Positions 25,421 to 39,330 of a DNA stretch of 64,000 bases are shown here, piece after piece (the stretch's first letter is position 1; each line of letters begins with the position of its first letter). Both the position numbers and the translations under genes were made by a program. Under the pieces are notes generated by a model. It was given only the letters and a program-made list of their open reading frames with translations, was not told the DNA's origin and did no database searches. Source of the DNA: Camelus ferus (taxonomy: Eukaryota); NCBI RefSeq assembly GCF_009834535.1, contig NC_045696.1:69690001-69754000 (forward strand). The letters run 5' to 3'.

Positions 25421-26399
25421 GCCACCTAGACATTATGACTGCAAGTCAGCCACTAACTGGTACAATGCTTATAGGCAGACATAAAGCTGAAAGGGTCATT
25501 GACAATCAGATAGCTGGATTGTTTGCCCAAACTTTTTATAGCAGTGAAGTATTTCTTCTAATAGTCTTATACAAAGACCTGATCTCTAAAATGGAAGCTG
25601 TTCTAGCTGAGGGTGGGTAAAACTCTTAAGAAGTACCCAACCTGCTTGACTCCTTCTATTCCCCACCCTTCTCCCTTTGCACCTCTGTGGGATCCCTTGA
25701 CACTTTAGAGGTGCTGGCATCAGTCCAGTCTCCTCATTACTAATCAGAGGGCACAAGTAAGTGAAGTCATCTGTCCTCAGTCACACAGCTAGTTAGTGGT
25801 AGAGAACCCTGGTCTCTATTAAATGATTCAGTGTCTGGCAGTTTCTCCCATTAAAAGGCTGTTGAATTTGAAGAAAGAACAATGATGATTGGATAATGAT
25901 TACCCATCTAATTCTTTTTTCAAGCCCTCTTGTTACTCCATGTCACATACAAGCAGGTACCTTTTTTAGAAAAGTTTAAATAGTCAAGCATAGAATTATG
26001 AAAGCACATGGTCTTAGAGCTGAAAGAAACACTGAAGGGTTTTTTTCAATCCCACCCCCTCATCTTACAGACCAGGAAAATGAGGAATTGCTTGAAACCA
26101 ATTCCCCCTCTTAAGTGCTCCAAGTTACCATCCTGTTCAATATATCAGGGACTGTTACGTCTTGACTTGATGGTGGAAGCCAGAACTGTCTATTTTAACC
26201 AGTTTCTCTAAGAAAATCACGACGTTAAGATATAAATTAAAGTTGTGATTTCTTTCTCTTTGTGATTTTTTTTTTTTTTTTTTTGATCTTTGAAACACAC
26301 TCTCCCAGCTGGGCATTCAAATATCTCTTTACTCCAGAAAGTTCATTTACAAACTTATGGGAAGATTGTTTCAGACTGAACTTTTCTAAGAGAATTCAA

Positions 26400-26812
26400 G
26401 TCACACTATGTGTGGTCAAAGAGCTTTCATTTTTTTAAATTTCCAATTTATCACATTGTAGACCAATAATTTTAAAACATAATAAAATTCAATTAATAGA
26501 AAAAATATGAAAACAATTATATGTATGTATATGCAAGACTGGGACATTGTGCTGTACACCAGAGATTGACACATTGTAATTGACTGTACTTCAATTTTAA
26601 AAATTCCAATTAATAGACAAATGAAAGTTTTTAAAGACTCACAAAATACAAACTCATTTTTTTTTATTATTAGATCCTAAACATAAAATTACTCTATCAA
26701 ATTGATAAAACAGTTTCCAAATGCCAACTTTCTACTCTGGTACTCACCCCATTGTGAGCTAGTAACAAACCCTTCCTGGATCAATCTTGGAGCTACTTGG
26801 AGTAGCTCCAGG
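26400..26812. mobile_element. hAT-Charlie non-autonomous element containing a ~100-bp lineage-specific L1 3' tip (26501-26606, +)
   Basis: Host motif cataaaattactctatcaaattg. Insert gactgggacattgtgctgtacaccagagattgacacattgtaa, with TSD caattaataga at 26490-26500/26607-26617. Confidence 0.75.
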
Positions 26813-26999
26813 GTAAAGCACCATCCAGGTAGTTGGTCTGGATACAGGGCATGTCAGTAAGGCCACTCAGGAGACCCAGATACTGCTTCCCATCTTTTCA
26901 TCCCAACCCCAGTCAGCCATTTTGAGACTGTGGTTATGGTCCTCAGAGGTCTGGGACATGGTCTCTATAGCTCAGAGGAAAAGACAAGTACACAACCTT

Positions 27000-28745
27000 C
27001 TGATTGCACCACCTGGAAAAGAGTAGGGCAGGGTTCAGATCATGGTGGGCTTGCAAAATGGACTAAGGAATTTGGGGACTTCATCTCGAAAGTAATAGGA
27101 AGTTCTTAACACACTTGAGTCATATTTGGGTATAAGAAAGGTAGTTTTGCCTGCAATGTGAAGCATAGTTTCGAGGGAAACAAGACCCATTAGGAGTCTT
27201 CTGCAATAGTTTCAAAAGCAATGATGTGGCCTGAACCTCAGGTAGTAGCAGCAGGGTTTCAAGAGCAATTTAGGGGACTTGGTCATTGTTTGAATGTAGG
27301 TGATGGAGGGCCGAGAGGAGTCAACAACAACACTAGGGCTTTGGGTTAAATGGCCTGATGGCTGGTAGTGCTATTCACCAAGAAGGGGAGCCCAGAAGGA
27401 GGAAGGTGTTGAAAACAATGAGTTCAGCTCCTGACAGTCTGTGTGTGAGCTTTCCTGACCCTGTGCTATGGCTCTCAGTGGTCACTAAACTGGAATGTCC
27501 TATCCTTATATTTAGTGGTCACATCTCAACCATAAAAAGACTTTGCAACCATAAAAGAGCTTATTAAGACATTGAAGCAACATGGAAAATATTTATTAAG
27601 TAATGTTAGGTAAAGTAATAAAAATGCAAATTAAAACAACATGAAGTTCTTCCCCTGTTAAATTGGCCAAAAAAAGTTTTTTTTTAATTAAAATGCCCAG
27701 AACTGCTGAGGATGTGGGAAAATTGGCACTGTCACCCATCACGGGTGGCAGTGTAAATTGGTACAAAACCTTTTAAAAGAAATTTGGCAAAATGTATCAA
27801 GAACCATAAAAGAGTTTGTATCCTGTGACCCCATAATTCCACTTCTGGAAATCTATTCTAAGGAAATAACTCAAAATATGGGAGAAAGCACTTCATACAT
27901 ACAGGTGTTTATCACAGCAGAAACTAGAAACAATCAAAATGTCTAAAATAGGAGGTTGGTTAAATAAGCCATGGTAAAGTTCTTTGCTGGCCTCTTGTAC
28001 TTAATGAAACTGGTCAGTAATGAAAATGAACACTTGCGCTATGAAGTATGTATGTATAATATGTATTTGCTTTTATTCTAATGTACATAATTTCCATAAG
28101 GGGAAAAAAGACTAGAAGGAAATGATTGTAGTGATTAGGTTAAGGTGATGAATCCATGGATAACATCTAAAGTTTTTTTAAAATTAATTTCCTCAAAGCC
28201 ATTGTAAACAATCAAAATGTTTATATAACAGAAACCAGAGTGAACTAGGAATAAAACTGTTAAGTGAAAAAAGTAAGATAGAAAATTTCATCTGTGTTAG
28301 CACAAAAAAATGTATTTACTCATGGACCAAGAATGAAAAGAACTATAGGTAAAAGTGAACAGTTAATTTGTTTGGGTGAAGGTTTTTTTAAATTCTTTAT
28401 TGTAATTACAATATTCTGTGTGAACTGAACTCACATTCATTTCAAGCAATCTAACCAATCTTCAAAATTCATCTCAAAGATCTCTTTTCTTAAGGCTCCC
28501 TCATCTTCTGATTAAACATTGCTTCTTCTTTGAACCACCATGGCACTTGGTTTCAGTTGTTGCATGACTGTTCTCAATAGTTCTCAAACGTTCGTGTACG
28601 TCAGAACACCTGGTGGTCATTGCTGGGCCTCACCCCCAGAGTTGCTGACTCAGGAGATCCATGTGAAGTCTAAGACATTGCATTTCTGACAACTTCCCTG
28701 GGGTGCACAAACTGCTAGTCTGGGGGCCACACTTTGAAAAACATT
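27000..28745. mobile_element. L2 (-, about 27000-27440), L1ME (+, about 27560-28400) and MER5A (about 28577-28745)
   Basis: L1 motifs gtgtaaattggtacaaaacc and gaaatctattctaaggaaataa. MER5A motifs ttgcatttctgacaacttccc and ccacactttgaaaaacattg. Confidence 0.7.
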
Positions 28746-31219
28746 GTAAAAGTCAATACAGATACAATAGGATACCCATCCCCAGGAGTAATGCCAATTC
28801 TATTCCTACCTCAACCTCTGCCCAAGGCTGATTAATCCAAAATTAGAGACAATCAACCCAAGCTGTGCCGTTCAGAATATATCATGCCCCTTGGCACATA
28901 ATTGGTCCACAGAGCAGACCAGCTGTTCATGCCTGACAAATTAGAACCCTTCCCCATGATTTTTCAAACACAGAACCATTTACGTGTATGTGTTGAGCCT
29001 TTCTGCAGTGGAATACGGCCCGCATCAGAGAGACACCCAGATGAAATATGGTCCTAAAGGTGTTTGTTTGAGCTTGTACCAATTTGGACAGTTTTAGGTG
29101 AAAGTAGTAGACTTTGAGCTCAAACCATGAACAGAAGAAAAATAAAAGTTTTAAAAATTTATTGTCTCACATAACCTGAGATAAAGTGGGCCCTAGGAAT
29201 GGCTGTTACAGCCACTGAACAATGTCACCAAAGACCTGAGTTTTTTCTAACACTCTGCTCTTACTACTTGGATATCATGATTGACTTAGTTTAATCATCA
29301 GAACAGAACATTCAAGAATGTAATATAAAGGAGTTAGACAGGACAGTCAGTGAGTATTACCAGCACAGCCTCAAGCTATGTCATGGAGTCGCTCACAAAG
29401 ATCTCCACAGAATCCAGTGACCGCTACCCCAGCATGCTGACAATTATGATTAGTTTTGAAGTTTGTTTTGCTTTACTGGCCTTGGGTTGCTATTCATTGC
29501 AACCAGAGCCCTATGATCTTAGTCTATCTTGGAGTATCTCATTTTTTGTCACCAGTTTCCATTTACCCTTCAGGAAACTGTGACCCTATTCCCCTCCAAA
29601 TTTCAAGCCTATGGCTTCAGCTGGGGTCCTACCCTCAGCTCAAAGATGGAGCATGTAACCTAGGCATAAGCTCATCAGCACACCATCTCCCCTCCCCTAC
29701 CTACAAGAAATGGGCATGTTTCTCTTCACAGCCAGTGATGCATAATGAGCTTTTGCCAATAATCCCAGTAAAGAAACTTTTCTCTATTTCTCTTTAGGCA
29801 TGAGTCAGATAGGTAGCCCCAGTAGCTACTAGGAACCATCTTGCAACTATCTGTTTGAGAAGAGAGTCAACCCAGAAAGAGAAAAACTGGCCCCTGGGCC
29901 CCTGGCCCCTGTTATGCCTATTCTCTCTCTTTGCTTAAGTTGGAATGAAGCACCATTTTCATTACTTACCAAAAAAGAGGGGTCCTAACTGATAAATCCT
30001 CCTCCCCACTCCTCCTGCTGCAACTAGAGCGGAGGAGAGCAGAGACTGGGTCTTACCTGCACTGGGGTCTCTGGCGTCTCTGGCAGCCCTGTTAGCGCCT
30101 GCCACATATTCGGTACTAGGGCAGAGTTTCTCAAATGGGCTTGAGGCTACCTTCACAAGACATTTCTAATAGTGTCCCAGGGTTTGAGGTGGCTATGAGA
30201 GCCTCTGTCCCTTCCCAGCAGGTACTAATGTAAAGCCAGGACCCTTCCCGAGTCATCAGCAGGGTTGCACAGGATTTGGGAAGCTGCAGCGTTATGACTG
30301 GGTGGTCAAATTGGAGATTCCAGTTGAAATATAGAGGCCAGGTTCACCCCTCTTTTATTGCTCACTCACACCCAAAATAGACCCTGAAATGCAGCAGTTT
30401 ACACAAGAGCTGTTTATTTAGCAAACAAGCAGAAGGCCCTTCTTCTATATTTCTTATGAGGGCCAAGTGTTAAGCCTGAAGTCAAGGACACCAGGGCTGC
30501 CATGTACCCCAAGAAAGTTGTTTTCTTCCATTTAGCCAGACTCCTGTTGTTTCCCAGAACCTGCCAGGATTCACACTTTGCAGCAGGCCTGCATTCTGGC
30601 AGAGCCTGGAGCAAAGAGCAGAGAGAGAATTACTGGAACGAGCTTGATCTCTCTTGGACGCTGATGAACAGTCTCACAGCCCTCTCCTTTGGGCTCTGAC
30701 CTAAGACTCCTGCAGCCTGTTTGCAGGATGCTCAGGGCTTCTCAGTTCCCACCCGAAATGCCTGATGCCTGGAGAACTTGACTTCTAAAGACACACTAGT
30801 CTAGAAGGGAGAGCTCAGGTTCTTCTTTCAGGGGGTTATGTTTAGGTGCCTGTTTTCCAGAGAGGGGAACTTGCTTAGCCCTCAGCATCCCGCATTGTGG
30901 GGTCCGGGGCTGCTTTGGTTCCCACCTCTGCTGCTACGAGGTGGGGCCGCTTCGTCATAACAATACGGTGACTGAGAAGATGAAAGCAGAACTGATGAGC
31001 TGGCTGCAGTTTTGTTAGTTGATATCGGAGCTGACTGAGCCCCAGGCACCCACCCCGCCACCATCTGCCAGTTCTGCAGCCCTCCACTGCTCGCAGGAAA
31101 TCATCAGAATGTACCAGCCTCTGTGACCTGGACCCTTGTCTCTCTTCAGCCCTGTCTTGCCTGTTGACCCCATGATCTGTACTCCAGTGGTAACCTTGGA
31201 GTTGACCACGTAAAGCAAG

Positions 31220-32590
31220 CTGCATGACTGCTCCATGCCTTTGCTCATGCTGTTCCCCTGCCCAGATTGTCCCCCAGCCTCTATCCTATTCAGATCTCTA
31301 TCCATGCAAAATTCTCATATTTTGAAGTCCAGTTCAAATGTCATCATCTTCTCTATCGTTCTCTCTCTTTCTCCATCTCATCCCTTCCCCCTCCCCAAGC
31401 AATAATCTTTCAGTCTTGAATGCTCATGGTAGCTTGAGGCTGTGCTGTTTAGACCATCTTTGCCTGTCTAATTCCTGTACATTCCTCAATGTTTAGCTCA
31501 GATATCACCTCCTTTAAGAAGCCTACCCTGATTCTCCCATGTTGGACTGAGTGCCCCATCAGATTTCTGCCTTGTCTTGAAATTATGTGTGTGCCTTTCC
31601 CTGACTATCTGTGAGGGCCCCCATGGCAGGGACAGAGTCACAGTCATGTGTGTGTCCCCAGAGTCCAATACGCGTCTGCCACATAATGGGGATCACTTCT
31701 AGGAGTCTAAGTGGAAGTACCTGCCAGTGGGGACCCTGTCTGGAAGACAGACAAATTTTCAGGAAGCAGTTACCTAAGGTAAATGAGAAGGCAGTTACCA
31801 GTGTACGGCCCTCCTCTGGAGATGAGAGAAGGCAGAATCAGTGAGCCCGACACAGCTGAAAACTCAGCCTACTGCTCTGGCTCCTCCCTGGCATCATGGG
31901 TGTTTGTCTCGCCAGCTTGCAAAAATCCAAATAAAGTAACATTAGGCTGAATGAGGCACTAGATGGGGGTGGGGGAAACAGAAATAAGGCTTAGTCCTGT
32001 CCCCAAGTTTACCTAGGTCACCGTGCAGGACACAGTCCCATGGAGCAGAGATGAGGTGGCATCAGCTTTGCCTGGAGGAGCTGAGAAAAGCTTCGCAGAA
32101 GAGCCATATCTGACCTGGGACCTGGAGACTGAGGAGGACTCCAAGCAAAGATGGGAACTAGGGTAGAGCAATCCAGGCAGAGGGACCAGCCCAGGCAAAG
32201 GCTTGGAGGCTCACAGGCTGGAATATGCTGGCAAGTCCGCTGGATAGCACATATCCACCTGGCTGGTGTTAGAGGATTTCTGGAGGACAAGGGATGAGAT
32301 AAGGACAGAGGGAGTTTGGGGCTTGCCTGGGGGAAGAGGGGAGGAGCTTGAGCCCTTGAGCACCAACCTAGAGGTGAGGCTTTTATTTTATAAGTACTGG
32401 GGAGCCTTGACTTTTTTAAGCAGAGGGATAGAAACTGGTAGCCACATTTCGGGTGAACAAGAAGGATAATGAGATGTATCAGAAAGTATTGCTGTTGCTG
32501 GTGAGAATGACGAGGACCAGGACCAAGGCTGTGCTGGAGAAGGAGAGGAATGGATGGCTTAAGAGATGTTGCGGGGGTGGAGTCACAAGG
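31220..32590. mobile_element. L2 fragments on both strands
   Basis: gcctttgctcatgctgttccc on +, and gcaatccaggcagagggaccagcccaggcaaaggc as antisense. Confidence 0.7.
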
Positions 32591-33167
32591 AGCCAAGCCT
32601 GTTCAGCATCCTGAATCCTTCCAAATCCTTTCTACACACCTACCCCCCTCGCCCCCCACTCCCAGCTCCCCAGCATCCTTCATCCTCCTTGGCTGTCAGA
32701 TTCTAAGGCAAGGAGATTCCAAATGCTGACTACATCTTCCTTGGCCCATCTCAGCTTTTGGCAAATAAACTGGTGTCGTTCCCCAGAAAGCCTTTCTTGA
32801 ACTTCATAAAGTTAGCAAAGACGAGAAGTGTTAACAGTATGATCTGTTGAGTCTCAAATTCTAATCCCAGCCCTCACACTAACCCAGCTTTTTCACTCCC
32901 TGAAGTCCTGCCAAAATCAAAAGAGAAGGCCTGTGCCAGACACAAGTAATTTCAGCTGAACAAGCACTCGGAGGGTCACAGAGCGCTGCTGTGCTTGCAA
33001 AAGCTGCTTTAGAATGGGCTTTGGGCTGGTGGCAGTGCATGTGGGTGACATGGTCAAAAAGAGCATGAAAAGTATTTTTCTTCTGTAAATAAATATTCTA
33101 CTGTTGATGCTGAATTAAATCAGAAGCTCCAAGAAGACAGGTGCCATGCATTTATTAAAAGAGTAGA

Positions 33168-33265
33168 GGGAGGGGAGAGGATAATAGCTCAGTGATGGAG
33201 TGCATGCTTAGTATGTACAAAGTCCTAGGTTCAATCCCCAGTACCCCCATTAAAAAAAAAAAAAA
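33168..33265 (+). mobile_element. Vic-1-like SINE (short form)
   Basis: atagctcagtgatggagtgcatgcttagtatg...ggttcaatccccagtacc plus an A-tail. Confidence 0.9.
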
Positions 33266-34281
33266 GAATGAAGGGAGAGAGAAATTACGATTCTGGACAG
33301 CCTTCTAGTGAGAGACAAAAATAATTTAGCCCCAGCAGCTTGGGAAAAGTTAAGGTTTGGGAGACATGCAATGTACATTCTTATGTGTCTAATCCTTTAA
33401 AAAAACACTATTGCATTTAATCCCCACAATAGTCTAATAAGGCAGCTGGTATTAAGCCTATTTCACAGATGAGAGAGCTGAGGTTTAGAAAGCTGAAGTC
33501 ACATCCCCAAGGGAATATATAAGCAAATATTATTATGATGAAGTACAGGCTGCATAGAAATGTTCTGACTTTGGGAAACATGAGGAAAAAATGATGTCGA
33601 TTCCCTTTCATTTACACAGGACTCTAGATTTTGCAAAGCACACTCACATACGTTATTCTCATGTCATACTCAGAAAGGCCCCGTGAGGAGGACAGTAATA
33701 TTCCTATTGTAGAGAGGAGAGAACTGAGAATCAGGGAGAAGGGGTTTAACACCTGAGTTCTGGGACTTGAACATTGAACTGAGTCCACATTCAGCTATTT
33801 TTCCATAGAGGAAGGCTCTGTAAAAGACAGAGGGTTTTGATAAGAAAGAGAAGGGCGTTCCCAGGAGAGAAAAGACCAAGGCCCTCAAGGAGAAAGCAGG
33901 GTGTCCAGTGGGAAGTCTGAGATCCACATGGCTGAATACACCGACGTGCAGTGGTGGTGTGGTCATGTGTCCAGCCAGGAGCCACACCCCTGGGATTTGA
34001 ACCCAGGTTCTGCCATTCAGCGCACCCATGCCTCAGAGCCCTCATCTGTCAGCCATGATGGTGATGATGCCTCCTTCACAGAGGATGCTGTGAAGAGTGA
34101 ACACAGGAGAAGCACCTAGAAGAGGGCCCGGACAGGTATAATCTTAATGCGGTTTTGCTAATGTTGCGATTGTTATCACTGCTGCTACTACCACTTCCAC
34201 CAGGGAGAGGCCTGGGGGTAAGGCTGGGCCGAAGAGGGAAGGCTTAGAATCTTAGAGGAGGGAAGGTTGCAGAGTCTGACC

Positions 34282-34635
34282 TTGTCTTTGTCAGTTCAGG
34301 CTGCTACAACAAAGTCCCGCAGACCAGGTGGAGTATAAACAACGGAAATTTACGTCTCACAGTTCTGGAGGCCGGATGTCTGACACCAGGGTGCCAGCAG
34401 GTCAGGCTCTGGCGAGGGCCATCTTCTGCGTTGCAGACTGCTGTCTTCCCATTGTGTCCTCATACGGCAGAAAGAGGGCAAGAGACCTTTCTGGGGTCTC
34501 TTTTACAAGGGCACTAATCCCATTCCTGAGGGCTCCACCCTCACGACCTAATCACCTCCCAAGGCCCCACCTCCTGATAATATCGCCCCGGGGATTAGTG
34601 TTTCCACACATGAATTTGGGGGGAAACATTAGCAA
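34282..34635 (-). mobile_element. MLT1A-like MaLR LTR
   Basis: tctcacagttctggaggc...gggcactaatcccattcctgagggctccaccctcacgacctaatcacctcccaaggcccc. Confidence 0.85.
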
Positions 34636-36157
34636 ATCTGAAGGAGCAAAAGTAATAGGAGGCCAATTGTCATTGAAACAGGGTAAAAGTGTCATTTTAT
34701 GATGATGAATCTGGCAGAAATGTGCAAGCCTCCCTAACCCCTTTCCCATCTGGACTAGGACCACCCCCCCAGACTTCCCTAGCAGCCTGTGCTTCCTCCA
34801 TCACCACATTCACTGCAAGGCACTGTAACTGCCTCCCTAACTGGACCATGTCTGCCTTACTCACTGGTGCATCTTGTGTCTAATACATTGTCTGGCATTT
34901 AGTGGGTACTCAGTAAATATTCTTCTGATGAATGAATAATAAATGGATATAGAATAATAATTTGAAGAGGAAAGAGTCTACAGGGAGCCCAGCCAAGAGG
35001 CAGATGCAAGAGGCAGATGCCAGATGCTGGCTTAGGATGGGGACAGAGGAAGTTTAAAAAGTAAGAAATTCAAGAGTCATGTGGAAGAAAGGACAGATAG
35101 GATTTTGTGAAGGACAGACTATGTACAGGAGTTCATAGGGAAGGAAGGGTCAATGTTGACTCCAACCCTGGGCTGCTGGATGCTGGCAATAGCCCTTTAA
35201 AGATGGAAAGAAAGAAAGGAGACATTGGCTTGTGGGAGAAGATTTGGCAGTGACTTCACCCTTGTTGAGCTTCATAAAAGTTGCTGGTGATGAAAATGGA
35301 GGAATACGGGGGCAGTATGGGGTGAGAGGTGCTGGCTGGAGACGGGGTTTTGGAAAGAGCCAATTTAGTAATCCTCAGTGAGAGCCTTTTCCCTAGGAAA
35401 GAGGCAAGCACCAGGAGATGGGTGGGACTGACTGACAGAGGAGGCTTACAGCAGAGAGGAAACAGGTAGATGGCAACCTGGCACTCGGAGCTAACAGGAG
35501 GACCATCATTTCCAGCCTGTCATTTCGGCCTCAGGCAGCCCAACCCGTCTGGTGCAGCTGGCTTTAAAGCCGACTTGGCCCCACCCAGACATCCTCTTTC
35601 ATCCTTCCTTCTCACCCTGCCCGTCCTTACTCCTCCCTTCCTAAAGGTGGTCACCCCACCTTTTCCCCACTTCACAAAGAAAAACATAAGAAAAATACAA
35701 GCAAGAAGAAGGCACATTCACCAAGTATCCTTAAAAAAAAGGAAGGCAGCCCTTAGCTCTTGGATCACTTACTCCTCTCTTCTTTTCTTCCTCAATCCAC
35801 ACTTTGCCCAAGACCAACCAATGGAAGAATTACATCGGGAAGGAAAGCCATTTTATATCAGAAAGCTGATTTAGCTTAAAGTGAAGCACAAAAATGAGAA
35901 TAGGCCATTTCATTTTTGTTTTGTTTTGTTTTCTTGAAATATTTTATTATAATCATGGTTACTGTGAACCCACAACTTCTCATTTCTTCATTTCTGTAGG
36001 AAAACTGCAGCTGCTGGGGTTCTCAAGAGAGCGAAAGCCCAGAGCTATTTCTGCACGTTTCTGCCTCCCCTGGTAGGTAGAAGGTCTGGGGAGAGAAAAC
36101 TAATGCTCCTCCTCACTATGGGACAGTGGGAAATAATTGACTTTGGAGTCAAATAAT

Positions 36158-37557
36158 CGTTTTTTAATTGAAGTATAGTTTACAATATTATCTTAGTTTC
36201 AGGTGTACAGAAAAGTGACTCCGTTTTATATTTTTTTCAGATTATTTTCCATTATAGGTTATTATAAGATACTGAGAAGAATGTTACACAGTAAATCCTT
36301 GTTGCTTATCTACTTTATATAGAGTAATTTATATATGTTAATCCTATACTCCTAATTTATTCCTTTCCCCCCTCCCTTTCCCCTTTGATAACAGTTTATT
36401 TTCTATGACTGAGTCTGTTTCTGTTTTATATATAGATTCACTTGTGTTATTCTTTAGACTCCACATATAAGTGAACATAATCACATAATATTTGTCTTTC
36501 TCTGACGTATTTCACTTAGTATGATATTCTCTGGGTCCATTCATGTTGCTGCAAATGGCATTATTTCATTCTTTTTTATGGTTGAGTAGTATTCCATTAT
36601 ACATATATATAATATATATGTACACTACATCTTCTTAAGCCAGTCGTCTTTTGCTGGGCACTTGGGCTGTTTCCATGTCTTGGCTATTGTAAATAGTACT
36701 GCTATGAACATTAGGTATATGTATCTTTTCAAATTAGTGTTTTCATTTTTTTCTGGATATGTACTCAGGAGTGGGATTACTGGATCATATAGTAACTCTA
36801 TTTTTAGTTTTTTAAGGAACCTCCATACTATTTTCCATAGTGGTTTCACCAATTCACATTCCCACCAACAGTGTATGAGGGTTCCCTTTTTTCCACACCC
36901 TCTCCAGCATTTATTATTTGTAAATGTTTTGACGACAGCCATTCTGACCAGTGTGAGGTGGTACCTCACTATGGCTTTAATTTACATTTCTCTATGAATT
37001 AGCAATGTTGAGCAGCTTTTCATATGCCTATTGGCCATCTGTATGCCTTCTTTGGAGAAATGTCTATTTAGATCTTCTGCCCATTTTTTGATTAGGTTTT
37101 GGGTTGTTTATTTTTCTGATATTGAGTTGTATGAGCTGTTTGTATATCTTGGTTGCATCATTTGCAAATATTTTCTCCCATTCTGTAGGTTGTCTTTTCA
37201 CTTTTTTGATGATTTCTTTTGCTGTGCAGAAGTTTTTAAGTTTGAGTGGGTCTCATTTATTTCTGCTTTTATTTCTTTTGCCCTGGGAGGCTGATCTAAG
37301 AAAATATTGCTATGATTTATGTCAGAGAATGTTTTGCCTATGTTCTCCTATAGGAGTTTTATGGTGTCATGTCTTATATTTAGGTCTTTAAACCATTTTG
37401 AGTTTATTTTTGTATATGGTGCGAGGGAGTATTCTAACTTCATTGATTTACATGCAGCTGTCCAGATTTCCCAACACCACTTCCTGAAAAGACTGCTTTT
37501 TCTCCCTTGTATATTCTTGCCTCCTTTGTCATGGATTAATTGACCGTAGGTGTGCGC
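36158..37557 (-). mobile_element. 5'-truncated younger L1 (ORF2 C-terminus plus 3' UTR) inserted into a MIR
   Basis: ORFs 37348-37569 ([11 protein letters not shown]...KWCWEIW) and 36625-36969 (RYHLT...[18 protein letters not shown]) are L1 ORF2. 17-bp TSD ctttgg(a/c)gtcaaataat at 36141-36157/37558-37574. Confidence 0.95.
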
Positions 37558-38679
37558 CTTTGGCGTCAAATAATAATAGGCGTGCTCTGTAACTAATGGG
37601 CTGACTCATTACCTCTTAGAGCTGGTTTCCTCGTTGATCAAACACAGCTGATATTGCCTCTTACCTCTCGAGATAATGTGATGAGGTGATAACACAGTCA
37701 AGCACTCTGCACAGTGTAGGCACTCCCTGCAGCTCCGCTCCTGGTGGGCCCTGCTGTTTCTCACAGGAACCTGGCAGCCTCTGTTATCTGCAGGCCTCTA
37801 GGGGAGCCGTAGAGGAGGGACAAGCTGGGGGTCCACTCCTGAGGGACCTTTCCACCTAATGAATTCCAAGAATTTTCACTTTATTACACATTTTTTCATG
37901 CTTCACTCTGATTTCTGTAAAATGTGAAGAAACCTCACACATTTGGGGTGGCCAGGGCAGCATGCCTTCCTTCCTAAGCTTATCACACTCTGTCAGCCCA
38001 AGTGGAACACCATCTCCAAACAAAATGTCTATTTCTGGCCAAACGAAGGCCCTAAAAAGACTGAACTGTCTACCTCATCAATGGTGCACTTGCTTGGAAA
38101 AGATCCAAGCATGTTGGAGTCCAGGCCAGCCAAAAGCACCCAAGCCACTTTCCGAGAGAGCAGGCGGAAGTGAGGGCTCTGATTTTCATGTTAAATCCCC
38201 ATTTGGCCTTGGAAATGTTAAAAATAAACTTTCACCTGCATCTGATTTTCCTTTGTTACCACAACCATTGTCTGTTTGAACAAAGAGGTAGCAGGAGCCT
38301 GTGTGAGCAGGTCACAGGGTTCAAGCCAGAGCCCAAATTGGAGGGACACAGATGTTAATGAACAAGGGGACCAAGCAAGGGTGCCAGTGGGAATGGAAAA
38401 ACTTCCCCAGGATTGTCAGGCCCCACTCTGCTCTGCCGCAGCCCCGCCTGGCTCTCAGGAGAGACACCTGGGAGCTGTCTGTGCCCTTTGCCTCTGCAAC
38501 TTGGTGATGGAGTGAGATCTTGGTGAGTCAGCCCCTGCAATTCTCTCTTTCTTCCCACTTGCTTGCGTTTCGGAGGCACCCATCAGATTTGGGGGTGGGT
38601 GTGTTGGTTATAATAAGATCTGAAATCAAACTAGAACTACAGCATTTATTGGTTCCCTTGGAAGCAATATGTTGTTATA

Positions 38680-39330
38680 GGAAGAGCCTTGGTGGGGGAG
38701 CTGGATAGACCTGGGTTGAAGTTCTTTCATTTTTCAGTTGTGTGACCTTGGGCAAAGTAGTTGTCTTCTCTGAGTCTCAGTTTGCTTCTCTAGAAGCTGG
38801 GCATAAAAATGCCATGTTGATTGAAGCAATGCTAGCTGCTGTGATAAACACACACACTAAGCTAATTGGCTCTAACATCATGGAAGTTTATTTCCAACAC
38901 GCATACAAGCCAGCACAGGTGTTCCTAATCTGTGGGTTGCCCTTTCAAGAGGGGAGTTTGGTGCCTGGGTCCTTTCATTGTCTGACTTCACCATTTCTAA
39001 ATGTGGCTTTCAAGGTCACCAGGCTTGTAGATGTCAATACAAAGGTAGGAGGAAGATAATGGAGGCCTGTGGCAAATAGAAGTGTTTTATGCTGAGCCTC
39101 AAAATATCCCACATCACTTCCACTTGCACACTAGTTATGCTAGTTACACGGCTGCAATGAATTGCAAGGAACACTTAGAAATGAGGTCCAGCTGTGTGCT
39201 CAGGAAGGTGAGGAAACAGGTTTGGTAAACATCTAGCTGGTCTTTGCCACGTACACCAACTTTTCAGGGAGATCATAAGGCTTAAATGAAATGATAATGA
39301 TGAAAACAGTATAGCTTTCAACAAATGTTG
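38680..39330. mobile_element. MIR (+) split by an MLT1J-like LTR (-, about 38815-39250)
   Basis: MIR tgtgaccttgggcaa...tctgagtctcagttt resumes after 39250. LTR motifs atgctagctgctgtgataaac and cacatcacttccact. Confidence 0.7.

Noticed and set aside
30875..31225. Possible exon in a mildly CpG-rich unique stretch
   Set aside because: No recognisable protein and no convincing splice-site pair. It could be regulatory, but that is unsupported.
32018..32596. 192-aa ORF (-)
   Set aside because: It lies within a decayed L2 and has no coherent protein signature.
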